Positions 1 to 10,268 of a stretch of DNA of 64,000 nucleotides are shown one piece after another. The stretch is from Acidimicrobiia bacterium (GTDB lineage: Bacteria > Actinomycetota > Acidimicrobiia > Spongiisociales > ZC4RG35). The notes under the pieces were generated by a model. The model was not told where the DNA came from and ran no database searches. It saw nothing but the letters and a program-made list of their open reading frames with translations. How positions within the stretch are numbered: position 1 is the first letter of the stretch; each line of letters begins with the position of its first letter. Location: positions 1,760,001-1,824,000 of the forward strand of contig CBDBCY010000004.1 of the NCBI GenBank assembly GCA_965203555.1. Reading direction: 5' to 3'. A program made the position numbers and the translations under genes.

Positions 1-575
1 GCGGTGAACGTGTCCGCCACCTCTTCGGCCGACAGCTTCCCCCGGGGCGAATACCACTGGTAGGCCCAGGCGCACATCCCCAAAATCCCCAGACTCAACA
101 CTTGGGCGACCAGGTCGGCCCTGATCAGACCGACCTCCTGGCCCCTTTGCACGACCCCCAAAAACATCCCCTCCATCTCATCCCGTTTGACCTTGACTTC
201 GGCAAACCCCTCCTCGGACAGGAACCGCCGCTCTCCGAGAAAGACCGCCACATGCGAACGGTAATGCTCCACCGCTTCCAATGCAGTGCGGACAAGTCCC
301 CGCAGTTGCTCTGCCGGATCGTTGGTCGAGGCCAGCACAGCGCGGACCGCCGCCAACTGGTGATCGATGAATTCGTCGTGAATTACTCGCAGCAACTCTT
401 CCTTGCTGACAAAGTGGTAATAGAAGGCGCCCTTGGTGAGACCGGCGTCATCAACGATTGACTGCACGGACGTGGAGGCGAACCCGTTCCGTTCGAACAG
501 GTTGCGGGCACTGGCTACCAGCGCCTGCCGGGTTGCAACGGTGGAGTATCTCTTCTTCGGCACGCGCTTTGCCAT
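1..575 (-). CDS. TetR/AcrR family transcriptional regulator (KstR2-like C-terminus), runs off window start
   Basis: Manual translation from ATG at 575: MAKRVPKKRYSTVATRQALVASARNLFERNGFASTSVQSIVDDAGLTKGAFYYHFVSKEELL...GMCAWAYQWYSPRG, a classic TetR HTH; absent from the ORF track because it is open-ended. Confidence 0.9.
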   Translation of the reverse strand, partial: MAKRVPKKRYSTVATRQALVASARNLFERNGFASTSVQSIVDDAGLTKGAFYYHFVSKEELLRVIHDEFIDHQLAAVRAVLASTNDPAEQLRGLVRTALEAVEHYRSHVAVFLGERRFLSEEGFAEVKVKRDEMEGMFLGVVQRGQEVGLIRADLVAQVLSLGILGMCAWAYQWYSPRGKLSAEEVADTFT

Positions 576-639
576 GTGTCGGACTCTAACCATTGCGACA
601 AGCAGAGCGTCCCCGCCGGCCCGACGGGACCCGTAACGC

Positions 640-880
640 CCGCTCCTTGAGGACGGTCTTCAAATCCCTTGTCAGCCCGGTTGCAGGGAAGCGTCCCATG
701 AACTTCTCGGGAAGACGCACGGTGTCGGGGTAGCGGAAACCCGGACACGCTGGGTGTCGTGATGAGCATCCACCGGTTGCCCGGACGATCCAATTCTTCG
801 TCGAGCGATCCGAGAATCCCCTTTCCGAACGCCACCCCGTCTGTGGGAGGATATCGCAGGTCCGGGCCCGGTCCGGCATC
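640..880 (-). pseudogene. Possible remnant of an iron-containing alcohol dehydrogenase/maleylacetate reductase
   Basis: Frameshifted pieces ILPQTG/VAFGKGILGSLDEELDRPGNRWMLITTPSV resemble the Fe-ADH N-terminus; most of the gene is absent. Confidence 0.35.
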
Positions 881-890
881 GGTTCATCTC

Positions 891-1874
891 TTATCTGTCG
901 GCCAAGGCCGGAATCACCTCTTCGCCCAGCAACCTGATGCTCCGCTCGGCGATCTGCGGATCCATTCCCATCCAATCAACCCGGCACATGATCTCGGTCA
1001 CTCCCGCCTCCTCCTGCAATGCACGACACTTGCCGATCACCCCGTCGGGATCTCCCACCACCGCATGTTGATCCAGGGCTGCTCGGGCTGTGAGCTGGTC
1101 GGCCGAATCCCAGGAGCGGTAGCCCCGGTATTGAGCGGCCAGATGCGGCCATACTGCTCCGGTCGCCTCTTCTCTGCTCGCCGCAACCGCCACTTCCCGC
1201 GCCAGCGGGTAGGGCCGTTTCATGCTGTGCCCCCACCGGCGTAGTTCCTCTCGATAGACACCGAACCTTTCCGCCACCTCCGACACCGGCCCCTCGGGAG
1301 TTCCCAGCCAGGGTGCGTCCAGCCGAGCCGCCCGCCTTATCCCCTTCATGCCAAAGGCGCCGAGCCAAACAGGCGGCCCATCCTGCTGGGCAGGGCGCAG
1401 ATTCATCTTGATTCGGTCGGCCTGTCCCCAATCTTCGTCGTAGGAAACGGTCTCTCCCCTCCACAGCGCCCGCATCAACGCCAGGTATTTCTCAAAAAGC
1501 TGGTGGCGATGAGCCCAGGGTACGCCCAGCGCCCGGTACTCCACCCGCCGGTATCCCACCCCGAACCCCGCAATCAACCGGCCTTCCGAGAGCACGTCCA
1601 ATGTGGCCAACTCTTCCGCCAAGGCCAGTGGGTGCTGGAGTGTCGCCAGATACACACCCAACCCGATGCGGATGCGGTCGGTCCGGGCGGCCAGATAGGA
1701 GGCGGTGGACACCGGCTGGAAGAACTGGGAGGAAGCAAGATAGTGATGTCCCAGGAACAATGCCTCGAATCCCAGAGACTCGGCCAGCAGTGCCTGATGC
1801 GTTATGACTCGCAGACGCTCGGTTGGCGACTCGCCCGGGGCTGCTTGAGCAGAAAGAAAGAGGCTGAGGCGCAC
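891..1874 (-). CDS. LLM-class flavin-dependent oxidoreductase
   Basis: 327 aa; LGHHY, PLALAEELATLDVLSEGRLIAGFGVGY, PPVWLG motifs. Confidence 0.92.
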   Translation of the reverse strand: MRLSLFLSAQAAPGESPTERLRVITHQALLAESLGFEALFLGHHYLASSQFFQPVSTASYLAARTDRIRIGLGVYLATLQHPLALAEELATLDVLSEGRLIAGFGVGYRRVEYRALGVPWAHRHQLFEKYLALMRALWRGETVSYDEDWGQADRIKMNLRPAQQDGPPVWLGAFGMKGIRRAARLDAPWLGTPEGPVSEVAERFGVYREELRRWGHSMKRPYPLAREVAVAASREEATGAVWPHLAAQYRGYRSWDSADQLTARAALDQHAVVGDPDGVIGKCRALQEEAGVTEIMCRVDWMGMDPQIAERSIRLLGEEVIPALADR

Positions 1875-1880
1875 CGGGAA

Positions 1881-2402
1881 TCAGCCCGGCGATTGAAGAT
1901 AACTGCCCCGGAAAAACCCGAGAGCCGGTCTGTCGGTCTCCTCGAATTCCAGCCGTTCCACTTCTCCCAGGTAGATCACGTGATCACCACCCGGAACAGC
2001 TTCCACCACCCGGCACTCGAACCGCACCAGGTAGTCGTCCAGCAGCGGAACGCCGCCCAGTCCCGGCGTCCAGGCCACTCCTTCCAGCTTCTCCATCCCC
2101 GAGAGATCGGCTTGGGCAAATCGCCGGCAGAGATCCTCCTGGTGAGCGCCGAGGATGTGGACCGCGTAGCGACGGGAACTCTCCATGGCGCGAAGGCTGT
2201 TGGCCCCCCTGTCCACCGAGACCAGCACCAACGGCGGCTCCAGCGACACCGACGTGAATGAGTTGGCCGCCAGTCCGGCCGGTCCGGTCTCTTGGTCAAT
2301 GGTGGTTACGATGGTCACCCCCGTCATGAATTGACCGCAGGCTCTCCGAAATGTCAGGGAATCGAACCCCGCCGGTGAAGTGGATGCGCCGTCTGTTTTC
2401 AT
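1881..2402 (-). CDS. Flavin reductase family protein (HpaC/DszD-like)
   Basis: FRRACGQFMTGVTIVT, NSFTSVSLEPPLVLV, GGDHVIYLGEV; ATG at 2402 (MKTDG). Confidence 0.93.
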   Translation of the reverse strand: MKTDGASTSPAGFDSLTFRRACGQFMTGVTIVTTIDQETGPAGLAANSFTSVSLEPPLVLVSVDRGANSLRAMESSRRYAVHILGAHQEDLCRRFAQADLSGMEKLEGVAWTPGLGGVPLLDDYLVRFECRVVEAVPGGDHVIYLGEVERLEFEETDRPALGFFRGSYLQSPG

Positions 2403-2443
2403 ACCAGCCGGTTTAAACTCTATACCTGCTCGTACGGCCCGGA

Positions 2444-3181
2444 TCAACCGCCGCCCAGGTGTTTGAAGGCCTCTGCCGAGCGGATCGTCGCCAAGGCCGC
2501 CTCGGCAACCTTTTCCTCTACTGCTTCGGCGGAAGCATGGCGAATCCCTACTGCCAACTGCTTGGTGGATCGGATCACAGACGGCGACAGCTTTGCCAGC
2601 CTCTCCAGCAACTGTTCTCTCTCCGAAGCGTCTGCCACCATGCCGACCATCCCCGCGGCCAATGCCTGCCCGGCGGGAACTCGACCGGCGCAAAGCAGCG
2701 ACAGCAAGGCGCCCCGCACTCCCAAAGACTCCACCAGCGCCGGGAGCACCACTGCAGGAACCACCCCCATGTCCGCCTCGGGAAAGTAGAACCGAGCGGC
2801 GGGATCGGCCACCGCCAGATCGGCCGACATAGCCAGCGCCGCCCCGAAGCCGATGGCGTAGCCCTGCACCAGAGCCACGGTGAACTGCGGCATCTGCCTC
2901 ACCCGACGAAGGAGGCGCACGTTTTCGACCATGTAGCAGGTCACTGTCTCATCGTCGGCGGCCGACAGGCGTCCGAATTCCGACAGATCCCATCCGGCGC
3001 AGAAGTGTTCGCCGGCCCCTTCCAGCACCAACGCCGCCAGGTCATCGCTTCTCTCAATGTCGTCCAGTGCGGACAGGAGGCCCTGAGTGGTTGCCTGATC
3101 GAAGGCATTGCGGCGCGTGGGACGGTTGAGAAGGATGCGGGCAAGTGATCCTTCACGGACGGTTTGCACGGAATCAGTCAT
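2444..3181 (-). CDS. Enoyl-CoA hydratase/isomerase family protein
   Basis: LNRPTRRNA, FCAGWDL, GYAIGFG, FPEADMG crotonase motifs. Confidence 0.9.
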   Translation of the reverse strand: MTDSVQTVREGSLARILLNRPTRRNAFDQATTQGLLSALDDIERSDDLAALVLEGAGEHFCAGWDLSEFGRLSAADDETVTCYMVENVRLLRRVRQMPQFTVALVQGYAIGFGAALAMSADLAVADPAARFYFPEADMGVVPAVVLPALVESLGVRGALLSLLCAGRVPAGQALAAGMVGMVADASEREQLLERLAKLSPSVIRSTKQLAVGIRHASAEAVEEKVAEAALATIRSAEAFKHLGGG

Positions 3182-3304
3182 GGAATGTGGTGGTTTGTAG
3201 GGGGCTACTGTTCAGATGATGCCAAACGAATATACGGACTTGTCCCTCACAGGTGAAAAGCCCCCGACACCTCGGTCGGCGCCGGCCACCGGCCCTCGCC
3301 GTTC

Positions 3305-4291
3305 ATGAAATTCGGGATTCTTCTCAACCACCAGTATCTGCCGGGGGATCCTCTGGGACCACGGGTGGGAGAGATCGTGGAACTGGTAGCGGCGGCGCGC
3401 GACCTGGGCTTCGACTCGGTGTTCGCCAGTCATCATTACCTGGACAGCCTGCAAACACTCCAACCGCTGACGCTGCTGGCGCTGATCATCCCGGTCTCGG
3501 GAACCATGGAGTTGGGTACGGGCGTTCTTCTGAGCACTCTGGCCCATCCCGTCCACATCGCGGAAGAGGTTGCCACACTGGATCAGCTGTCCGGCGGCCG
3601 CGTGATTCTCGGCGTTGGCGCCGGCTACAGGGCCAGCGAGTTCCAAAGCTTCGGCGTGGAGCAAAAGAGCATTGGTCGAAGATTCGTGGAGTCCGTGGAA
3701 CTCCTGAGAGCATTGTGGTCGGCAAAGCCGGTAACTTTCCACGGTGAATTCTTCCGACTCGAAGAGCAGACCATCGGCATTCCGCCGGCCCAGCAGTGCG
3801 GACCTCCTCTCTGGGTGGGCGCCGGCGTGCCCCACACCATCCTCCGAGCGGCCCGGATCGGCGACGCCTGGCTGCCCTCCCCCCATGTCAAGCCCCGTTG
3901 GGCCATAGGAAACCTGCAGACTTTCCGCGAGGAGGCGCGCGCCTTCGGTCGCTTGCAACAAATCAACAGTTGCCCCATCCCCCGGGAGACGTACGTTTCC
4001 ACCAGCCGCGCCCAAGCGGCCAGGGAAGCGGAGCCCTTCACCAGGAACGAGTACCGCCACTACTCCAACTACCAACTCGACTTCTTCGAAACGATGTTCG
4101 ACGACCTGCGGGAAAAGTCATTCCTGTGGGGTTCCCCCGATGACGTCGCCGCCGGAATCGACAACCTGGCCCGAGGCGGGTTCGATCACATCCTTTTCCG
4201 GATGTCCTGGCTGGGAATGCCGTTCTCTCTCACCATGAGAAGCTTGGAGCTCCTGGGCCGAGAAGTCCTTCCCCGCTACTCCCAGCCCTGA
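3305..4291 (+). CDS. LLM-class flavin-dependent oxidoreductase
   Basis: 328 aa; HHY, HPVHIAEEVATLDQLSGGRVILGVGAGY. Confidence 0.92.
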   Translation: MKFGILLNHQYLPGDPLGPRVGEIVELVAAARDLGFDSVFASHHYLDSLQTLQPLTLLALIIPVSGTMELGTGVLLSTLAHPVHIAEEVATLDQLSGGRVILGVGAGYRASEFQSFGVEQKSIGRRFVESVELLRALWSAKPVTFHGEFFRLEEQTIGIPPAQQCGPPLWVGAGVPHTILRAARIGDAWLPSPHVKPRWAIGNLQTFREEARAFGRLQQINSCPIPRETYVSTSRAQAAREAEPFTRNEYRHYSNYQLDFFETMFDDLREKSFLWGSPDDVAAGIDNLARGGFDHILFRMSWLGMPFSLTMRSLELLGREVLPRYSQP

Positions 4292-4363
4292 CTATTCGTG
4301 TGGGAGTATGGAAATTATACGAAAGCGGGAGAGTAAGTAAGGGCGTGATCGCCCAAACACCAA

Positions 4364-4392
4364 GAGGCCGGAAGAAGCGCTTTCCCGGCCTC
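4364..4392. terminator. Putative intrinsic terminator hairpin between convergent genes
   Basis: GAGGCCGG (4364-4371) pairs with CCGGCCTC (4385-4392); lies between stops at 4291 (+) and 4419 (-). Confidence 0.5.
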
Positions 4393-4418
4393 CTGTGCTA
4401 ACTGGGTCGAGTAGGGGT

Positions 4419-5009
4419 TTAGTCTGCTACCTGGATCGTGGTCTTGGCCATCGAGCTCTTGAACCGACTGCAATTTTTGGCTTCGGCGTCGCGCTTCCTC
4501 TCCCGTTTGCACTCGCCTACGGCTTGGGCTTTGATCCTGATGCTGTTGCTGTCACCGGCGAACTCCACCGTCGGGTTTAGATTCGTGGGGGACACTTTTT
4601 CGATGTGTAACTGGTCTTTGGTCGCAGCGTCAATGAACAGGATGCGGTATCTGACCGGTTGCTCGCTTCCCTCGGCCGGACTCAGTGAGACCTCGCACCG
4701 GATGTCAGTGGCTACCGACTGACAGGACGCGGACAGACGCGCCAGGGGATCGGGGCGGTGGTTTTCGTCTTCGTCGTGGTCGTCGTGGTCGTCTTCGGGG
4801 CCGTGGCTGTGGCCGGGGCCGGTGTCATAGACCCAATTACAAGTCTGGCCAACTCCGCTCGGATTGGGCACACACATCCAAACGATTCTGGTTCCCTCGT
4901 GGATGCCGCCGCTGTAAGGGTCGTCCAGGTCCGGGATTCCCTGGGCCGTTACCGGAATGGCTGGCGCCACCAGGACGGTTAGCAACAGAATCGCTGCAAT
5001 ACGTCTCAT
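4419..5009 (-). CDS. Secreted hypothetical protein with His/Asp-rich tract
   Basis: AAAGGAG RBS upstream of ATG 5009; signal peptide MRRIAAILLLTVLVAPAIPVTAQ; GPGHSHGPEDDHDDHDEDENH; six Cys. Confidence 0.7.
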   Translation of the reverse strand: MRRIAAILLLTVLVAPAIPVTAQGIPDLDDPYSGGIHEGTRIVWMCVPNPSGVGQTCNWVYDTGPGHSHGPEDDHDDHDEDENHRPDPLARLSASCQSVATDIRCEVSLSPAEGSEQPVRYRILFIDAATKDQLHIEKVSPTNLNPTVEFAGDSNSIRIKAQAVGECKRERKRDAEAKNCSRFKSSMAKTTIQVAD

Positions 5010-5089
5010 TGACCTAACTCCTTTCGGGGGGGGTGCTGAATGGGTGAGAATGATAATCATTATTAGTCTTGGGTCCAAAGTTGTGCCGG

Positions 5090-5340
5090 TTTGAGGAGTT
5101 CACCGGACGATCGGTCTTGGGGAGTTCCGCTCGCCGGTGTCCCTTACGGCTTCGTGGCGGCTCCGATGCTGCATCGGGGTGTGCGGGTGGGCAACATCTA
5201 TGCAGGTAAGCGAAGAGCCGGGTGGGGTGTTCACTTTGGAGGATGAACAGATCCTGGTGCTGTCCGCTTCTCAGGCGGGGCAGGTGATTGCCAAGGCCCG
5301 CCGGCACCGGGACGAGCAGCGGGCTCGGACCCAACCGGGA
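5090..5340 (+). pseudogene. GAF sensor-domain remnant
   Basis: Frameshifted APMLHRGVRVGNIY and FTLEDEQILVLSASQAGQVIAKARRHRDEQRAR, typical of a GAF C-terminal helix. Confidence 0.5.
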
Positions 5341-5483
5341 TGCGCCAGCACCTCCAGATCAATGTCGACCGGGCCGACCGTTGGGGGAGATCAACGGCGA
5401 CTTGTCGGACGTGGCTCGCATCATGACGGGTCTTCTGCCGGTGGACCCGGAACTACCAAACGGGTCTGCGACGCCCCCCCCCC

Positions 5484-5625
5484 CGAAGGGGTTCAACAAC
5501 CTCCTCCAAATCCCACACCGAGTCGCTCACGGGTTCACGAACCCGACAACTACGCAGCCAGAGGAGTTCTCGCAGCATGACTCCCCACACCGACCACCGC
5601 GCCCAAACCCAACGAAGTCGTGCCA
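5484..5625 (+). mobile_element. ISL3-family transposase 3' remnant
   Basis: EG/FNNLLQ..RVAHGFTNP/DNYAARGVLAA* across frameshifts, matching the ISL3 C-terminal EGxNN..RxAxGF motif. Confidence 0.65.
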
Positions 5626-5714
5626 CCTCCACATATCGGGCCGCACCATCGCCCGCCGGCTACCGATGGTCAACTGACCCATCTCCAAGGGTCAGAGTGA
5701 CCACGGACCACCAA

Positions 5715-5930
5715 CAGTGATGACAGGCGACGCGTGCGGGTCCGTTCACGCCCGTGAATAGCGCCAGGTCAGGGTGCTCCCGGCGGCAGGTCTCGAGAGC
5801 CATTTGGCAGCGGGGAAAGCGGGCGCCCTGCCGGGAGGCCGACGAGGTTCGGGGGGCACCCTGCGATCGGGTGCAGCCGGTCGCCCGTTCCGCCCACGCG
5901 CGGTACGGCTTCGACCAGACCGCGCCCCGG
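5715..5930 (-). pseudogene. Oligopeptide ABC ATPase C-terminal (oligo_HPY) remnant
   Basis: VEAVPR..IAGCPPNL..LPAG / FPRCQMALETCRREHPDL..VACH across frames. Confidence 0.6.
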
Positions 5931-6066
5931 CGATGGATCCGGTGACCGGCTCGCCGGAATGCAAGCCCGGACCGCCATGGCGCCGGGCCGGTTGGAGGGT
6001 CACCCTCCCCGGGCGGGCCCGTGATCCCTTCGAACCGCCCTCCCATCCTCTCTAATCTCGGACCCC

Positions 6067-7040
6067 ATGAAATTCGGGCTCCTTCTCAGCTTCCAGTACC
6101 AGCGCACCGAGCCGCTGGCCGCCCGCCTGGAGGAGATCGTGGAACTGGTCGCCGCCGCCGAACTGGGATTCGACTCGGTGTTCGCAGTGCATCACTACCT
6201 GGGCAACCTGGTGGTCCCCCAGCCCCTGACCTTGCTGGCCCGTCTCATTCCGGCTTCGGGAAACATGGATCTGGGCACCGGGATCTTCATCGGCTCCCTG
6301 GTCCATCCCGTCCACATCGCGGAGGAGGTGGCCACCTTGGACCAACTCTCGGACGGACGGGTCATTCTGGGGGTGGGCGCCGGCTACCGCAACCACGAGT
6401 TCCACAGCTTCGGAGTGAATCCCCGGACCGCGGGACGCCGGTTGGTCGAGTCTGTCGAAGTGATTCGCGCGCTGTGTCGGGACGGCGGGTCTCCCACCGG
6501 GGGAGGTTCTTCCGATTGGAGGACCAGACCATCGGCGTTCCCCCCGTCCAACCCGGCGGGCCTCCCATCTGGGTGGGCGCCGGGGTTCCCCAGACCATTC
6601 TGCGGGCCGCCCGCATCGGCGACGTCTGGCTACCCGCTCCCAATGCCAAACCGCGCTATGCCATCGGCAATCTGGAGAACTTCCGCCGCGAAGCGGCCGC
6701 CCACGGACGCCTGGAACAGATCAGAAGCTACCCGATCGTCCGTGAGACCTACGTTTCCACCAGCCGGGCCCGAGCCGAAACGCAGGCGGGAGGTTACATC
6801 AGGGACGAGTACCTGGACTACTCCCGTTACCTGGATTTCTTCGGCGCCATGTTCGACGACCTGCGGCAAAAGGCCTTCCTGTGGGGTTCCCCCGACGACG
6901 TGGCGTCGGGGATCGACCGGTTGGCGGCGGCCGGCTTCGATCATTTCATCTTCCGGATGTCCTGGCTGGGCATGCCCTTTTCCCTCACCATGAACAGTCT
7001 GGAGATGATGGCCGCGGAAGTCCTTCCCCGGTACCGCTAG
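6067..7040 (+). CDS. LLM-class oxidoreductase, close paralog of 3305..4291, with one frameshift near 6476
   Basis: N-half in ORF 6067..6993 and C-half in ORF 6021..7040; restoring one G (TG[G]TCG) gives RALWSGRRVSHRGRFFRLEDQ, colinear with the paralog. Confidence 0.85.
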
Positions 7041-7046
7041 TCCGTC

Positions 7047-7568
7047 ATGCCCCTGGGACCGGTTCACCACGTCACGATTTCGGTCGCCGACCTGGCCCGG
7101 TCCGTCGCCTTCTACCGGGACATCCTGGGATTTCGCCTCACGATGGAGGTGACGGTGTGCGATCCGGAACACGATCTCTATCTCCGCCTTCCCCGGGGAA
7201 CCACCGCCCGGGTCGCCATCCTCCAGGCCGGGTCGACCACCATCGGCGAGGTGGAGTTGATCCAGTGGTCGTTCCCCGCACATCCCCCGTTGGTCACTCC
7301 TCCCAAGCGCCCTGGCGATCCCGGACCGTTCCTGCTGGCCTTCGAGGTGACCGGCGAAGAACTGGAGACGACCTGCGAGCGCATGACGCGGCAGGGGGTG
7401 AAGTTCTGGTCGGAACCCATCACCTCTCACATCAACGGCTACGGAGACATCAGGGCGGTGGTGTGCGAAGACCCCGACGGCACCATGATCGAATTGCTGA
7501 CCCTTCCCTCCCGAGAGGAGATCAGACAAACCCGCGCCGCCCGCACCATCCTGCGGCGGGACCCCTGA
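7047..7568 (+). CDS. VOC (glyoxalase-like) family protein
   Basis: HHVTISVADLARSVAFYRDILG, ELIQW, DPDGTMIELL. Confidence 0.9.
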   Translation: MPLGPVHHVTISVADLARSVAFYRDILGFRLTMEVTVCDPEHDLYLRLPRGTTARVAILQAGSTTIGEVELIQWSFPAHPPLVTPPKRPGDPGPFLLAFEVTGEELETTCERMTRQGVKFWSEPITSHINGYGDIRAVVCEDPDGTMIELLTLPSREEIRQTRAARTILRRDP

Positions 7569-8030
7569 CCAGCGCGGCCCGAACCAGCCGGACCCGGCCC
7601 GATCTCAGCATCCCCCGACGCCTGCCCCCTTCCCCCGAAAAGTCGCGAAAACTCTCGATCCTCGGGCCCCACCCCCGCCACCACCTTTCCGTCGGCCAAG
7701 ACCAACTCGGCCCAGCCCCGCGCCGTCCGGCCGGGGTGGGCTGTCTGATCCCTCGATGCGGTCCGCTCGACGCCGGGAACGGACCGTCTCGGTGTTTGAC
7801 TGCCAACAGTATGAGCCCACCCCTGCGACAGATTCAAGCTCCCGACCCCCGAAGTTTTCACAGTCCGGCACCTGCCATCATGCAGCCCTCGGGTGCCGGA
7901 CGGCCCCCGGAATGCAGCGAGTCCCTTGCGGATCTTTTCTTTTCTGAACTCCGATCCTTGGTTTTGCCGGGGAACCGCAAGACATGAGTTGCTTGCAGTA
8001 CCGATTCGAATATGTCACCGTCAGGCCAAC

Positions 8031-8048
8031 ATACCGACCGATAGGGAT
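8031..8048. promoter_or_regulatory. Candidate TetR-type palindromic operator (orphan)
   Basis: ATACCGACCGATAGGGAT matches 15/18 of the palindrome ATACCGACCGGTCGGTAT. Confidence 0.4.
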
Positions 8049-8065
8049 CCTCGACCAGGGGACAC

Positions 8066-8917
8066 CTATTCCAGTAGGACCCTGGCCAGATCGTCGGCCA
8101 CCACCACTTCTCCACCGTACCCCCCACGACGGATATCGTCCGCAAAGCCCTGCCGATCCTCTTCGGTCACGGGCTCGGGGATCAGGTGGGTGAGCACCAG
8201 GGTCGGGATCCCCAGCGCCTGCGCCTGGGCGCCGATCAGCACCGTGTCGGCGTGATAGTCCAGCACGAAGTGAAGATGATCGGGTCGGGCTCGGATCAGT
8301 TCGAAGCGCATGGCCTCGTAAACCAACACATCGGCGCCCTCGGCCAGAACGGCCATCTCCGGGCAGACCAGAGTGTCTCCACTTATGGCAACAACGCCGT
8401 CGGGGGTCTCGATCCGATACCCCACCGCCGGGAATACAGGCTCATGGCGCACCGGCCCGGCTATTACCCGGACCGGTCCCTCCGACCATACTGCCGACAA
8501 AGATCCGTCGACATCAAATGGCTTCACCTCATTGCCGGGATGCGTTCCTCTCTCGGTGTGAGCACTCCGCACCGCCAAATCATGCTCCCAATGGTCAAGC
8601 ATCCGTTCCAAGAAATCCGTGGCCGACCCCGCCGGGGCATAGATCGGAAGCGGCGGACCCTCGTCGAGCCGATCCATGATCCACCGGGACATCACCAGAT
8701 CCTCCAACCCGCTGACGTGATCACTGTGGTGATGCGTGACGAACACCGCATCCAGGTCCACCGGCGATAGACGAAGAGCCGCCAGCCGCAGAGTGGTAGC
8801 CCGTCCCGCGTCGAACTGCAACGCCAGGCCGCCCGACTGCACCAACACCCCCGGCCCAGCCCGTTCAGGCGACGGCACCGGCATCCCGGTCCCGGTGATC
8901 GTCACCGATGTAGCCAC
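8066..8917 (-). CDS. MBL-fold metallo-hydrolase (RNase Z/arylsulfatase-like)
   Basis: GTGMP, FDAG, THHHSDH, SGDT, LTHL; GTG start inferred at 8917. Confidence 0.88.
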   Translation of the reverse strand: MATSVTITGTGMPVPSPERAGPGVLVQSGGLALQFDAGRATTLRLAALRLSPVDLDAVFVTHHHSDHVSGLEDLVMSRWIMDRLDEGPPLPIYAPAGSATDFLERMLDHWEHDLAVRSAHTERGTHPGNEVKPFDVDGSLSAVWSEGPVRVIAGPVRHEPVFPAVGYRIETPDGVVAISGDTLVCPEMAVLAEGADVLVYEAMRFELIRARPDHLHFVLDYHADTVLIGAQAQALGIPTLVLTHLIPEPVTEEDRQGFADDIRRGGYGGEVVVADDLARVLLE

Positions 8918-9043
8918 GATGCCAAACCCTACAGCCTGCAGGAATGTGTCGCGTTCGAACACCATCAACATGACAACAGGGTGAGTGTCACATGGGCATG
9001 TTTGAATTCCCAGTAGAGGAATTGCGGCAGAAACGGAGTGAAC

Positions 9044-10114
9044 ATGCCAGACGAACCATCGGACCATGGGGGCGAGACCAGCGACGGTACCGAGAGCTCC
9101 GAAGGCGGCAACCTGAGCCTGTTCGGCATGGCTCTCTGGGGACCGGACGGGCCACCCGAACGGGTCTTCGGTAGGCATGATTGGGGGGTGTGCTCAGATG
9201 ATGACGGGCACCCTGACAAATGCTGGGGACATACCTCGCCCGTCAGAGAACCCGTCGCGATTCCGCCTCCGGAGATGGTCCTCTCACGAGAAGAGATGCG
9301 GGAGATCGCATTGGGTTACCGGCCCATCGACATGAACGACAAGTGGCTGGCGTTCATGGAAGACGACCGCCTGTTCCTTCACCGGAGTTGGACCGGTTAC
9401 GGCATTTATGAGGTGAGATTCGCGGCCAAAGGGCTCAGTTGGACCACCGAGACCGGCTTCATGCCCACCTCGGCAAGAGTTGAGAGCGATCCCCGCCGCT
9501 ACAACCCGGACGACTTTGATCCGATCTGGGAGCGTGACTTCCTGAGAGACCTGATCGTGCACGTCTCCGGAGAGCCGATGCCAATCTCGCTACCAATAGT
9601 CCTGCATGGCGGACCTACAATCGAAGCCGTGCTCGGCGACATCACTGCCGAAGACGTCGACGCCATCGTCAACGCCGCCAACACGAGGCTGGTCGACGGG
9701 ACCGGCGTAAACGGAGCCATTCACGATGCGGCGGGCCCGGAACTGCTCGCTCATTGCAAGACGCTGAAGGGTTGCCCCGTCGGACGCGCCAAGATCACTC
9801 CGGGCTTCCGGCTGGATGCTCGATGGGTCATCCACACCGTCGGGCCACAGTGGCGGGGCGGAACCCAGGGCGAACCGGTGCTGCTCGAGTCGTGCTACCG
9901 CGAGTCCCTCGCCCGCGCCGACGAGGTGGGTGCCAATAGTGTGGCCTTCCCGGCGCTCGCCACCGGCGCTCACGGCTATCCGCTCAAAGCGGCCGCCAGA
10001 ATCGCCGTCGACACCGTTCGCTCGATCTCAACCGAAGTCCAATTGATCCGCTTCGTCTGTTTCGACAGACCGACCCTCAGAGCCTTCCAATCCGCGATTG
10101 ACCACGACAGTTAG
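9044..10114 (+). CDS. Macrodomain (O-acetyl-ADP-ribose deacetylase/YmdB-like) fused to an uncharacterised N-terminal domain
   Basis: GDIT, IVNAAN, GTGVNGAIH, VIHTVGP, AFPALATG; N-terminal MNDKWLAFMEDDRLFLHRSWTG domain. Confidence 0.88.
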   Translation: MPDEPSDHGGETSDGTESSEGGNLSLFGMALWGPDGPPERVFGRHDWGVCSDDDGHPDKCWGHTSPVREPVAIPPPEMVLSREEMREIALGYRPIDMNDKWLAFMEDDRLFLHRSWTGYGIYEVRFAAKGLSWTTETGFMPTSARVESDPRRYNPDDFDPIWERDFLRDLIVHVSGEPMPISLPIVLHGGPTIEAVLGDITAEDVDAIVNAANTRLVDGTGVNGAIHDAAGPELLAHCKTLKGCPVGRAKITPGFRLDARWVIHTVGPQWRGGTQGEPVLLESCYRESLARADEVGANSVAFPALATGAHGYPLKAAARIAVDTVRSISTEVQLIRFVCFDRPTLRAFQSAIDHDS

Positions 10115-10268
10115 GTCAACGAGGGTGTGCCCGGAGTCTCGCACTCCTCATGACTGATCGCCAGTCTCTGTCGGCACATCTCTCGTCGGACGGAAGGGCC
10201 AGGAGGGGTCACCGGCGTTGCCGGAGTTAGGATAATGTTCGCCTTCGCACACTATCAACAGGACGAAA

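Noticed and set aside
7570-8030. Intergenic region with short ORFs and a 10-bp inverted repeat (GTCCGGCACC/GGTGCCGGAC, ~7863-7900)
   Set aside because: No recognisable protein or RNA family; probably decayed sequence
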